A stretch of DNA of 64,000 bases from a virus: IMG/VR virus record IMGVR_UViG_3300042296_000700, positions 1 through 64,000 of that record; one strand, given 5' to 3'. A program made the position numbers and the translations under genes. This document shows positions 37,126-45,925 of this stretch, one piece after another (the first letter of the stretch is position 1; each line of letters begins with the position of its first letter). The notes beneath the pieces were generated by a model. It made no database searches. It was not told the DNA's origin and saw only the letters and a program-made list of their open reading frames with translations.

Positions 37126-39156
37126 TTACCCGTTTATTGACTTATATCCATTAACTGCCGCATTTATTGCTTCAGTTGCTGACGTGGTTAGACCGCTCAA
37201 ATGAATGCCTTCATCATCAATATAACTATGGATGTTGTGGTATTCAAGCACTGGGTCAATTAATGATTTAACTTCAAACATTTCGTCAATTGCTAACGAG
37301 ATTGTTGCTGAGTCGTATTTGACTTCAACTTCTACCCCGCCAGCGGAACTGATGACTTCTTGGAGCATTACGAGCATGTCTTTGAGTTTCTTCAAGTTAC
37401 GGTTATTGAGTACGCGACCAGCCTTGGTCTCCATCTCATAACTCAATGACTTTTCAAGAGCAGTCATTGCTTGAATCATGCCGATTGCTGGCTTGTCAGT
37501 TCCGCACGACCCTGCGCCTCCGCAGCCGCATCCGCAATCACCATGGTCGTCATCGTCATCATTGCGACGAATGTGGACTACCAAGGTGCGACCTTTGCTT
37601 TCGTCATCAGATTCACCGTAGTGTTCCCAGTTTGACTTCTCTCCAATGAATTTAACGAATTCTGGCTGAGCATCAAGGAACTCCTTGAGATACATCATTG
37701 CCTTTTCCTCAACTTCTTGAGGAGGAACGCCGCTCAAGTCATCTTCGCCTTCGCCCAGTCCCATGGTTTTGCCATCGGGAATCTTGTCAAGACGTGCACT
37801 CCATTCGCTGTCATTCCAAATTGAGCCATTAGAAACGCCGCGAATCTTGTTACGGCAGTTCTTCATGCCGGGGTGATGGCATCCCTCGTTCGGCCAAAGT
37901 CCAGTTGTTTCATGGTGAAGCCAAGCACAAATGTTGTTCAATGGATATAGTTCTGGGTGGTCTGCAAGGATTACTTTGCAACGCCTAAATCCGCCTGGTT
38001 TCTTCATGATTGGACGCCAATACTTAAGCAATGCCTCAAGGTTTCCGCGACGAGGACCGTATCCACGCATAACATCGCCAGTAACCCGTTCTTGGGGGAG
38101 GGCGTCTGGAGGAATTGGTGCCTTGACTTCTTCTTCAACCTCTCCAAGTTCACTAGATTCTTTGCCACTCATGCAGCCACACTTGCAGGCTTCGTACTTT
38201 GGCTTTACGCCTTCTGGAACCATCGGGTTCTTGTCCATATCGTAGTTTGACTCGTATGGATTCTGACCTTCATTGTGGTTTGCTGCTGGATTCTTGCCCG
38301 CTTCGTTTTCGTTTGCTGGGAGGTAGACCATCTGTGGTCGGACGGCAACTGGTGTGCCAAACATGAACTCGTCACCGTCAAAATGGTAGGTGACGCGCAT
38401 TGTCGTCGGTTCTTCGTTGCCTTTTTTGTGGTCAAAAATGACCATGTTCTCTTCTGCTGAACGGACTCGTACGGCACCACCGAAGCGTGTTGCGAGGGCG
38501 CGACTAAGGTTCGCCATGCGACCCATTGCAGGGTTCATTGCTGGCACACCACCGTCTTCGCCACGAGGACCAGAGTAGTCAGCCTCGTTATTGTCTGCTT
38601 CGTAGATTTTTACACTTGGCTGTGTTTGTGCGTGCTTGATAGAGATTGTTCCAGTTAACTGGTTTGCTCCGTGGAGAACAGGGCTGACTTCGTAGAGTTC
38701 TACCTCTTTGAGAATGTTCGCTTGGCGCGATGAGTCATATTCAGCATCAAGGGTTTTGTATCCGATAGACCATTCTTGTTCTGTGCCAAAGAATGAGATG
38801 TCAAGGAATGCTTGTTTGCCGCGCTCAGATTTCAAGTTGAATTGGACGCGAGCGTAAAGTCCACCAATTCCAGCACGCTTCATTTTCATTGGCAGGCGCG
38901 GGTCGTTTGGGTTTACTTCGTAAATTTCAATAACTTTGCCGATTGGCTCGTTCCAATTATGTCCCCAAACAACTCGTGGTTTACGGCGTTTGAGACTTTC
39001 AGTAAAGCAGCCTGGTGCACAAATGTCACCAACACCGTCTTTGTTGCCAAGACCAGCAACGAAACATTCAACTATGCCCTGCGCCTCGTCTACATTGATT
39101 TGACCATTGTCAATCGCTTTGTATTCTGTTGCAGTGATTTCTTGCAGTTGCGGCAT
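37126..39156 (-). CDS. HK97-type prohead protease with a long C-terminal extension
   Basis: D..GD...PG.F..SL, WGHNWN.PIGK, EWSIGY, LYEVSPVL.GAN. Confidence 0.9.
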   Translation of the reverse strand: MPQLQEITATEYKAIDNGQINVDEAQGIVECFVAGLGNKDGVGDICAPGCFTESLKRRKPRVVWGHNWNEPIGKVIEIYEVNPNDPRLPMKMKRAGIGGLYARVQFNLKSERGKQAFLDISFFGTEQEWSIGYKTLDAEYDSSRQANILKEVELYEVSPVLHGANQLTGTISIKHAQTQPSVKIYEADNNEADYSGPRGEDGGVPAMNPAMGRMANLSRALATRFGGAVRVRSAEENMVIFDHKKGNEEPTTMRVTYHFDGDEFMFGTPVAVRPQMVYLPANENEAGKNPAANHNEGQNPYESNYDMDKNPMVPEGVKPKYEACKCGCMSGKESSELGEVEEEVKAPIPPDALPQERVTGDVMRGYGPRRGNLEALLKYWRPIMKKPGGFRRCKVILADHPELYPLNNICAWLHHETTGLWPNEGCHHPGMKNCRNKIRGVSNGSIWNDSEWSARLDKIPDGKTMGLGEGEDDLSGVPPQEVEEKAMMYLKEFLDAQPEFVKFIGEKSNWEHYGESDDESKGRTLVVHIRRNDDDDDHGDCGCGCGGAGSCGTDKPAIGMIQAMTALEKSLSYEMETKAGRVLNNRNLKKLKDMLVMLQEVISSAGGVEVEVKYDSATISLAIDEMFEVKSLIDPVLEYHNIHSYIDDEGIHLSGLTTSATEAINAAVNGYKSING

Positions 39157-39256
39157 TGCAGACTCCGTTGCTTAGCGTGTTGATACAACAATAAACTACA
39201 TAATCGTTTTGTGCGTGCAACTATCTTGCTAAATGTCGCAGGTTTCAGTAAACCTG

Positions 39257-39595
39257 TTAAGCGACTTTCAGTAAAGTCTTAATCTTTTGGACTAGAGCGT
39301 TCTTCGCAGTTGCGCCGATGACCGACCCAACTGGTTCCCCATCCTTGAACATAATCATGTTTGGGATGCTCATAATGTTATTGGAAGAAGCAAGTTTAGG
39401 GAAATCGTCAATATTTACTTTGAAAAACTTGACTGTTGGTAACTCTTCAGAAACACCAATCAGAATTGGTTCCATCATTTTGCATGGAGCGCACCATTCT
39501 GCCCAAAAGTCAACAAACGCATAACCCGAAGAGATTGATTCCTTAAAATTGGACTCATTCAAATCTTTTATCATCAGTTGAACCTTAGACGGCAA
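39257..39595 (-). CDS. trxA: thioredoxin
   Basis: VDFWAEWCAPCK, SIP, FKDG. Confidence 0.93.
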   Translation of the reverse strand: MPSKVQLMIKDLNESNFKESISSGYAFVDFWAEWCAPCKMMEPILIGVSEELPTVKFFKVNIDDFPKLASSNNIMSIPNMIMFKDGEPVGSVIGATAKNALVQKIKTLLKVA

Positions 39596-41775
39596 CGACA
39601 GTTAATTGTGAGACTTGGTGGGGCAAGGGGGTCACCAGGGAAACGCAGGACTGAGTCATTCAACACAAATCCGTCCCCAAGAGGCACGCTTTTGCCATGA
39701 AGCAGACGGTGCTCGGTGCGAACGGCAGAATCCTTACGCGTTACCCATGTTTTCTCTGTAGCGCCAAGACGCTTACCAGTGAAGTAAATACCAGCATTAT
39801 GTGATGTCTGTGCTTCAAGTTCAGCAATGACTCGCTTCCTCTTGCCAAGCAAATTCACGAATATTGCCGTGAGTGCTGCACGCAATAATCCAATTCTGTC
39901 TTCGTCATCACCAAGCGCCATAGCAATCAAAATTGCTGCTGCAACTTCTTCCTTGGTCGTGCTGTTTGATTTCTTCATCCGTTCAATTTGCTCATCAACG
40001 GTTTTTTCAACATCTGCTTCTTCAACATCTGCAGGCATGTTTGCTTGTTGAGCGCCAGAAGTTACGCCTTCCATGGCGATTGCTTTCAGCACAGGTCGGA
40101 TGTCGTCTTCAAGTTGCTTGTTCCAAGTTGCTTCATCAAAGATTGTGTCAACATCTAATTTCTTGGTTGAAACTGCTTTGCGAGCCTTTGAGCCAGATGC
40201 TTTTTCCAATACGACACGTTGCTGACGCTCATAGACACGCTCTAGGGCGCGTTCAAGAATGTCAGTCCATCGGTCAGTATCTTGTTCTGCCTTTGTATCA
40301 AAATCGTCATACATGTATGAAATGTCTTGTGACTTAACTTCAATGCCACCCATGTTTGCCGAAAGTTGTCCTTCTGGCGGTGGAGGGGTTGCTGTTTCAG
40401 GACTGGTAGGTGCCGCTGCTTCTGGTGCAGGAAGAGCCTCTGGAGCGGGTGGTGATGTTTGAGGAAGACCTTGCTGAGGCATGCCCGCTTGACCAGTGGG
40501 GTCTTGCGCAACTCCAACCATATCAACTGGTTGTTGTTCGTCTGCCTTGAACGGCTTCTCCGTATTTGCAATCGGTGTGAGGTTAGGGTTAGACAGCAGA
40601 CTATCCGCAAGTTCGGAATCAACCTTTTTCTTACCTGTTCCATCACGATATTCGTTAACACTGATGAGACCTTGCTGGTACTCGTCCATGAGGTAACGTG
40701 CGCGTTCCTGTTTTGCAATAATCAGAATTGGGACACTACTGGTATCAAAATCAATGTAATATTTTTCGTCTAGTTCATCAAATGCGCGAGCAAGTGGTTC
40801 TAGGTGAGGGAGCATTGTCTCCATCCAGAACACACGAATTTCTTCCGATGCGTTAGAGAACGTTCGTCCTGCAGCGTTACCAATAACGGATTCAGGAACA
40901 CCAAAGGAAGCAAGAATTTCTTCTTTCTGAATTTGGCGCATTTGCGTATATGCAGCATCGCGTGGAGAAGCGGACGTGTCCACGAAGTCAACGCCATCAT
41001 CTGACGAAATAACAGTAGTTGCGCCAGTGCGACTCAAGTTTCCGCGGAACCTGTTCCGAAGTTCCTCTTTGTCGTCGTCTTCCATTTCTCCACGAACAAC
41101 AAGTAAGCCACCGGGGCGACCGTCGTTTAGGAGGTAGTTGCGATTATAAAGTTTTGAGAGATTTTCAAGTTCAATTGCGATTCCAGCAGACTCCATTGGA
41201 GTGATGGAAAGATATGGGTCTAGCGGGTGTGGGCGACGAATCCAAACAACATCTTCGGGCTTGAGAATAACTTTTGTGCCGTTTCGCATATCCACTTCGT
41301 ATCCAGAGATAAAAGTTTTCGGATGTGGAATTGGTGCTGTGTGCTGGGGCGGAAGAAGGTGGAGGGCAATTATCTCTCCGTTACGTCCTCTTACTTTTTC
41401 AACGAAAACGCCTCTGCTTGACATGAGGAGTTGTGCTGAGAGGCGATAGCGGAAAATAAAAGAGTTTTCGCCTTGGTTTGTTTTGGTATTAAAGATGTCA
41501 AGCAAAGAATTCTTTGACCTGACGATTTCCCCGTGCGGTGAATTGTCTTTGCGTAGAACCATTGGGAGGCGTGCTTGGTTGCCTGCGATGGCGTCAATGC
41601 ATCGGAAGACCCAAGTAACTTTTTGTGCACCTTCGCGATATGCGCGCTCAATGTCCCAATTGTCCTTGTATGGCTTATTTACCATTCCAGGGTTGAATGC
41701 AACTGGGGCACCTGCATTAAGAATGGACTTAGCGTCGCCTTGTTGAAGGTTTTTATTGCTCGTATTCCAACTCAT
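39574..41775 (-). CDS. HK97-family portal protein fused to a C-terminal MuF (minor head) domain
   Basis: WVFRCID.IA, NDGRPGGL, EEI...FGVP.S.IG; C-terminal KTW....D..VR..H..L.G...FPGDP.....INCRC. Confidence 0.92.
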   Translation of the reverse strand: MSWNTSNKNLQQGDAKSILNAGAPVAFNPGMVNKPYKDNWDIERAYREGAQKVTWVFRCIDAIAGNQARLPMVLRKDNSPHGEIVRSKNSLLDIFNTKTNQGENSFIFRYRLSAQLLMSSRGVFVEKVRGRNGEIIALHLLPPQHTAPIPHPKTFISGYEVDMRNGTKVILKPEDVVWIRRPHPLDPYLSITPMESAGIAIELENLSKLYNRNYLLNDGRPGGLLVVRGEMEDDDKEELRNRFRGNLSRTGATTVISSDDGVDFVDTSASPRDAAYTQMRQIQKEEILASFGVPESVIGNAAGRTFSNASEEIRVFWMETMLPHLEPLARAFDELDEKYYIDFDTSSVPILIIAKQERARYLMDEYQQGLISVNEYRDGTGKKKVDSELADSLLSNPNLTPIANTEKPFKADEQQPVDMVGVAQDPTGQAGMPQQGLPQTSPPAPEALPAPEAAAPTSPETATPPPPEGQLSANMGGIEVKSQDISYMYDDFDTKAEQDTDRWTDILERALERVYERQQRVVLEKASGSKARKAVSTKKLDVDTIFDEATWNKQLEDDIRPVLKAIAMEGVTSGAQQANMPADVEEADVEKTVDEQIERMKKSNSTTKEEVAAAILIAMALGDDEDRIGLLRAALTAIFVNLLGKRKRVIAELEAQTSHNAGIYFTGKRLGATEKTWVTRKDSAVRTEHRLLHGKSVPLGDGFVLNDSVLRFPGDPLAPPSLTINCRCRLRFN

Positions 41776-41951
41776 TAGTCACGTCCCAACAAAAATCCGT
41801 ACAAACCTGAACATACCCCTAAGGAAACCAACCCGATGGGTGGTGCTATCATTGCTATACCTACAGACGTAAAAATTACAAAAGAAGCCATTAAACCGTG
41901 TGCAGCATTTGCTCTGGTTAAACGGGCGTTTAAGATTTTTGATAGTTTCAT
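41775..41951 (-). CDS. 58-aa membrane protein preceding the portal gene
   Basis: MKLSKIL...FVIFTSVGIAMIAPPIGLVSLGVCSGLYGFLLGRD; TAATG stop/start overlap with the portal. Confidence 0.65.
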   Translation of the reverse strand: MKLSKILNARLTRANAAHGLMASFVIFTSVGIAMIAPPIGLVSLGVCSGLYGFLLGRD

Positions 41952-41967
41952 GTAGATATCACCTTAG

Positions 41968-41997
41968 CGCAGTACTCTGCAATAATACAGTACTGCG
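41968..41997. promoter_or_regulatory. inverted repeat in the head/terminase divergence
   Basis: CGCAGTACT-12 nt-AGTACTGCG. Confidence 0.45.
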
Positions 41998-42019
41998 AGT
42001 ACAGAATTGGGGCGAAGCA

Positions 42020-43324
42020 ATGACTGACTGGCAGAAAGTTCTTGAGTATTTACAACCAAAGGCGTCTCCTTATTGTCCTGAGGAACCTTCAATCACTCAA
42101 AAGGTTTTTTTAAGAACGAATGCTCTTGAGGGATTATTCGGTGGCGCTGCAGGTGGTGGCAAGAGTTCAGCCCTACTTATGTCTGCCATGCAGTTCGTGG
42201 ATGTGCCTAACTACTCTGCGATTCTTTTCCGTCGCACATACGCCGACCTTTCGTTGCCTGGTGCTTTGATGGACAGATTCAAGGACTGGATTGGTGGAGT
42301 GGAGGAAATCCACTGGAATGCCAATAGTTATGTAGCAACATTCCCTTCTGGTGCAAGAATTTCATTTGGCTATTTAAATAATACCAATGACTATTTACGC
42401 TATAAGGGTTCTGAGTTCCAATTTATTGGCATGGACGAGGTCACGGAAATTCGTGAATCTGACTATAGGTATATGTTCTCCCGCCTTCGTCGTCCCAACT
42501 CTGGGGCACTGTCTCAAGTTCCTCTCCGAATGAGGGCAGCATCCAACCCCGCCCCAAACTGGGTTAGGCAGAGATTTATTGTGGAGGGCAAGGAAACTGG
42601 GCGTATTTTTGTTCCTTCGCTTCTAACCGACAACCCTGGAATTGATGCTGACTCCTATCGTCAGGCGCTTCAGGCTCTTGACCCCGTAGAGCGTCGGCGT
42701 CTTGAATTGGGCGATTGGTGGTCAACGACCTTGGGAACACTGTTTGACCGTAACGATTTTGTAATAATTGACCAGCACGAAGTGCCAATTGTCACATCTG
42801 CTGCTCGCGCTGTCAGATTTTGGGACTTAGCAGCAACAGAACCGCACTCTGGCAACCTTGACCCCGACTGGACAGTCGGAACACTGATGCTATTTGACCA
42901 AGGAATTGGTTATGTCATGGATGTTCGCAAAATTAGGGCAAAAGGGGACAGAGTAGAACAACTGATTGCTCAAACCGCCGCCGAAGATGGTCATAGTGTT
43001 TCAATTCGGATAGAGCAAGAGCCTGGTTCTTCTGGTAAGGCACTAATAGACCAATATGCAAGATATGTAGTCCCAGGTTACGACCTCATTGGTTTACGAG
43101 CATCTGGCGACAAAGTAACAAGAGCACGACCATTCGCTGCCGCTGTAGCAAACGGAAACATCCGACTAGTTCGCGGTCCGTGGCTGACGGACTTCCTTGA
43201 CGAAATGTCTTCATTCCCAGAAGCATGCAACCACGATGACCAAGTTGACTCCTGCGTAGGCGCTTTCACATATTTAGCAGGCTTGGGGTTGCCTCAACGG
43301 CGAAGGGCTGCTATTCTCATCTGA
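42020..43324 (+). CDS. terminase large subunit
   Basis: GGAAGGGKS Walker A, IGMDE Walker B, ASNP, WDLAA, HDDQVD nuclease motif. Confidence 0.95.
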   Translation: MTDWQKVLEYLQPKASPYCPEEPSITQKVFLRTNALEGLFGGAAGGGKSSALLMSAMQFVDVPNYSAILFRRTYADLSLPGALMDRFKDWIGGVEEIHWNANSYVATFPSGARISFGYLNNTNDYLRYKGSEFQFIGMDEVTEIRESDYRYMFSRLRRPNSGALSQVPLRMRAASNPAPNWVRQRFIVEGKETGRIFVPSLLTDNPGIDADSYRQALQALDPVERRRLELGDWWSTTLGTLFDRNDFVIIDQHEVPIVTSAARAVRFWDLAATEPHSGNLDPDWTVGTLMLFDQGIGYVMDVRKIRAKGDRVEQLIAQTAAEDGHSVSIRIEQEPGSSGKALIDQYARYVVPGYDLIGLRASGDKVTRARPFAAAVANGNIRLVRGPWLTDFLDEMSSFPEACNHDDQVDSCVGAFTYLAGLGLPQRRRAAILI

Positions 43325-43355
43325 CATAAACCATACTGAAACCTTGGAAGGTTAA

Positions 43356-43856
43356 ATGACTGACGTAGACCTAATGCTAAAAAACCTTATGGCTTCCTTG
43401 ATGGAAGCAGACAAACTGCTAAATGAATTTGCTGAAAGTAACCCTGACCTAAAAGATGTTGGCGTAACAGTTGTTGAACTCCATTCCCTCAAAGCGGCAA
43501 TGGGCGACATCTACTCAACTTTCTCCGCAAAAGCAGTCAAACTGTTTGAAGAAGCAGAAGTCATGGATATGTCTCTTGGCGAAAGTCGCATTGAGGTAAG
43601 AGGTGCAGCAGACCGAAAGCAATGGGAGCACCCACGACTCATGGCGGAAGTAGCAAGACGATTAGTCTTTGAATCAATTGACATGGAAACAGGCGAGATA
43701 ATGGTTTCGCCTGAGCAGTTAATTTTAAAGGTTTTGGATTTCGTTCAGCCTTCATACTGGCGAATCAAAGAACTCTCAAAAATAGGTATCAACGCAGACA
43801 AATTCTGCGAAGTTGGAGAACACAAAACAAACATTATTGTTAGAAAGGGCAAGTAA
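43356..43856 (+). CDS. hypothetical protein in the recombination cluster
   Basis: RKQW.H...D.ETGE...SYWR..L...GI..D.FC pattern. Confidence 0.65.
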   Translation: MTDVDLMLKNLMASLMEADKLLNEFAESNPDLKDVGVTVVELHSLKAAMGDIYSTFSAKAVKLFEEAEVMDMSLGESRIEVRGAADRKQWEHPRLMAEVARRLVFESIDMETGEIMVSPEQLILKVLDFVQPSYWRIKELSKIGINADKFCEVGEHKTNIIVRKGK

Positions 43857-43861
43857 CAGAC

Positions 43862-44650
43862 ATGGCAACAGTAAAGAAAACTACTGCAGTAAACGAGGAC
43901 TCTTCCACTATTGGAGAGTATGAGATTCAGAGTGCTTTTGATTGGGCGAAGGAACGGGCACGCGCACGCGATGAACGCTCAAAACTATTAGTCCAAATGG
44001 GCAAAGAACTATCTGAACCATTCGCTCCCGAAGTTGAAAAAATACTCAAAAAGGGCGGAGCATCACTCACCTACATCCCTGTGAGCGAAGTAATCAATCG
44101 TCTCAATAAAGTATTTGGGATTGACGGGTGGAGTAGTGAGATTGTTAAATGTGAACGTGACCAACTTGACCCCGAGTTCATCGTTGCATGTGTACGACTC
44201 ACAGTGTCTGTTGATGGCGACCATTACGGAACTGTTTCAAAAGATGGTTACGGCGGACAGAAAATTAAGCGCATGAAAAATGGCGACATTGTTGACTTGG
44301 GTGACGAGTTCAAGGGCGCAGTTTCTGACGCACTCAAGAAAGCAGCACAGCAATTTGGTATCGGTCTTTACCTTGCAAGAAGCGAAGAGGCTCTCAGTCT
44401 TGATGAAGCGGAAGAAGTAGCAGCATCAGCACCTCAAGTGAGTGAGAAGTATCCTCAATTCAAAACCTTTTTGGACAAGTTCACTCCTGAGCAAAAAGGT
44501 GAAGTTAAGCAGTTTTGGACGAAGGTTAGCGATGGCAGACCAACACCGAAGCCACATGAATTCACTGACAAGGAATTGCAATCCCTTATTGCGGAATGTG
44601 TTCGCATTGAATTCGGGGGCATTACTTTAGATGAATCCCACAACGGATAA
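43862..44650 (+). CDS. Rad52/Rad22-family single-strand annealing protein (Sak-like)
   Basis: LTYI....VI.RLN.VFG..GW, KGAVSDALKKAA..FGIG.YL. Confidence 0.88.
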   Translation: MATVKKTTAVNEDSSTIGEYEIQSAFDWAKERARARDERSKLLVQMGKELSEPFAPEVEKILKKGGASLTYIPVSEVINRLNKVFGIDGWSSEIVKCERDQLDPEFIVACVRLTVSVDGDHYGTVSKDGYGGQKIKRMKNGDIVDLGDEFKGAVSDALKKAAQQFGIGLYLARSEEALSLDEAEEVAASAPQVSEKYPQFKTFLDKFTPEQKGEVKQFWTKVSDGRPTPKPHEFTDKELQSLIAECVRIEFGGITLDESHNG

Positions 44651-45410
44651 TTTACCTCTAATACCTCCGCCTCACTTATCGGCGTCTTCAATATCAACAT
44701 TTCAGCAATGCCCTCTGCGGTATAAGTATTCTCGCATTGACAATTTGCCTGAGCCACCATCGGTTGACTCATTAAGAGGCAACTTTGTGCATGATGTTCT
44801 TGAAAATGTTTACCGAGAAGAATCTGCGGTTCGGACACTGTCCACTGCTAGGGCGATTGCTAAAACAATTTGGGCAGACTATGAGGAACGGGCACACACT
44901 GTGGCTCGCTCCGAAGAAGCCATTAGGAGATTCAAAGCAACCGCATGGTATTGCATTGAAAATCTTTTCAACATGGAAGACCCAAAAAAATTAGAATTTG
45001 ATGGTCTTGAGGCTGAAATCAACCACGAAGTTAGTGGCGTTCGTGTTAAAGGATTCATTGACAGATGGAACCGTTCTGATGGAGGCATCGTAATTGGTGA
45101 CTACAAAACAGGAAAAACTCCAGCACCCAAATATGTAGACGACAAATTTTTCCAACTCCTTCTATACGGCGTAGTGCTTCGTGAACAGTTGAACGAAGAC
45201 ATCGTTGGCTTGGAGTTACTTTACATCAAAGACGGCGACCGCCTTAAGAAAACGCCAACAGAATTAGACATGCAAAATGTCCATGAAACTGTTGTAGAAA
45301 TAAAAAACAAAATTGATGCCCGATGTGTGACTGGTGAGTTTGAATACAAACCATCACGTCTATGCGACTGGTGTTCATTTAAACCAATATGCCCCCACTG
45401 GAGAAAATAA
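44631..45410 (+). CDS. RecB/Cas4-like PD-(D/E)xK exonuclease with Fe-S cysteines
   Basis: LS.SSI..F.QCP, GFIDR, DYKTGK, QL.LY, CDWC.F...CP. Confidence 0.9.
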   Translation: MNPTTDNLPLIPPPHLSASSISTFQQCPLRYKYSRIDNLPEPPSVDSLRGNFVHDVLENVYREESAVRTLSTARAIAKTIWADYEERAHTVARSEEAIRRFKATAWYCIENLFNMEDPKKLEFDGLEAEINHEVSGVRVKGFIDRWNRSDGGIVIGDYKTGKTPAPKYVDDKFFQLLLYGVVLREQLNEDIVGLELLYIKDGDRLKKTPTELDMQNVHETVVEIKNKIDARCVTGEFEYKPSRLCDWCSFKPICPHWRK

Positions 45411-45925
45411 TGAATGACGATACTTTTGCACGCGTAGTAGCCGAGGATGTGAAAAATCGTGCTAGTGATGCACAACGCGATTACTTGATGCTTCCTGAAA
45501 ACTGGAGCAAATGGCAACGTGCTCTAAAGACGCTTGAAGCAAACCTTGCTGACCAACTCGTAAGTATTCAAGAACACGAGATGGGGCAGATTGCCACATA
45601 TAAGGCTCTTGGTAAAGATGGCATCAAACTAGTTGCTGAGGCTGCTGCCGAATTTGAGAGCCGTCGCAAGAAGATTGAACGATTCAAATTCCACGTTACG
45701 AATCGCCTTGATGAGGTATCGCGCATGATTGCCATGGGGACTGATGCTGTTGATGAGCGACTCAAAACAGTGGACTTTTTACGCCGTGCTATTGAGCAAC
45801 ATCGGACAATGATGACATCGTATGACCTTGAACCAACACCAATTGATGTCGCATTATGGGCAACGCTTGATGGGCGCTGGGAGTTTGACAATCTCTCAGA
45901 AGACGACATTCTCGCATTTTCATGA
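45410..45925 (+). CDS. coiled-coil hypothetical protein
   Basis: Coupled to both neighbours; ends D.ALWA.L.G.W. Confidence 0.65.
   Translation: MNDDTFARVVAEDVKNRASDAQRDYLMLPENWSKWQRALKTLEANLADQLVSIQEHEMGQIATYKALGKDGIKLVAEAAAEFESRRKKIERFKFHVTNRLDEVSRMIAMGTDAVDERLKTVDFLRRAIEQHRTMMTSYDLEPTPIDVALWATLDGRWEFDNLSEDDILAFS

Noticed and set aside
39180-39240. AGTT(G/A)CA as a shared late-promoter motif (also near 22300 and 52425)
   Set aside because: Too short, with too few instances and no consistent spacing to support by eye
41900-42019. N-terminal extension of TerL given in the ORF track
   Set aside because: It overlaps the divergent membrane-protein gene and the regulatory palindrome; the ATG at 42020 is more plausible
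44631-45410. Cas4 as evidence of a CRISPR system
   Set aside because: It sits beside a Rad52-like SSAP as a standard phage recombination exonuclease
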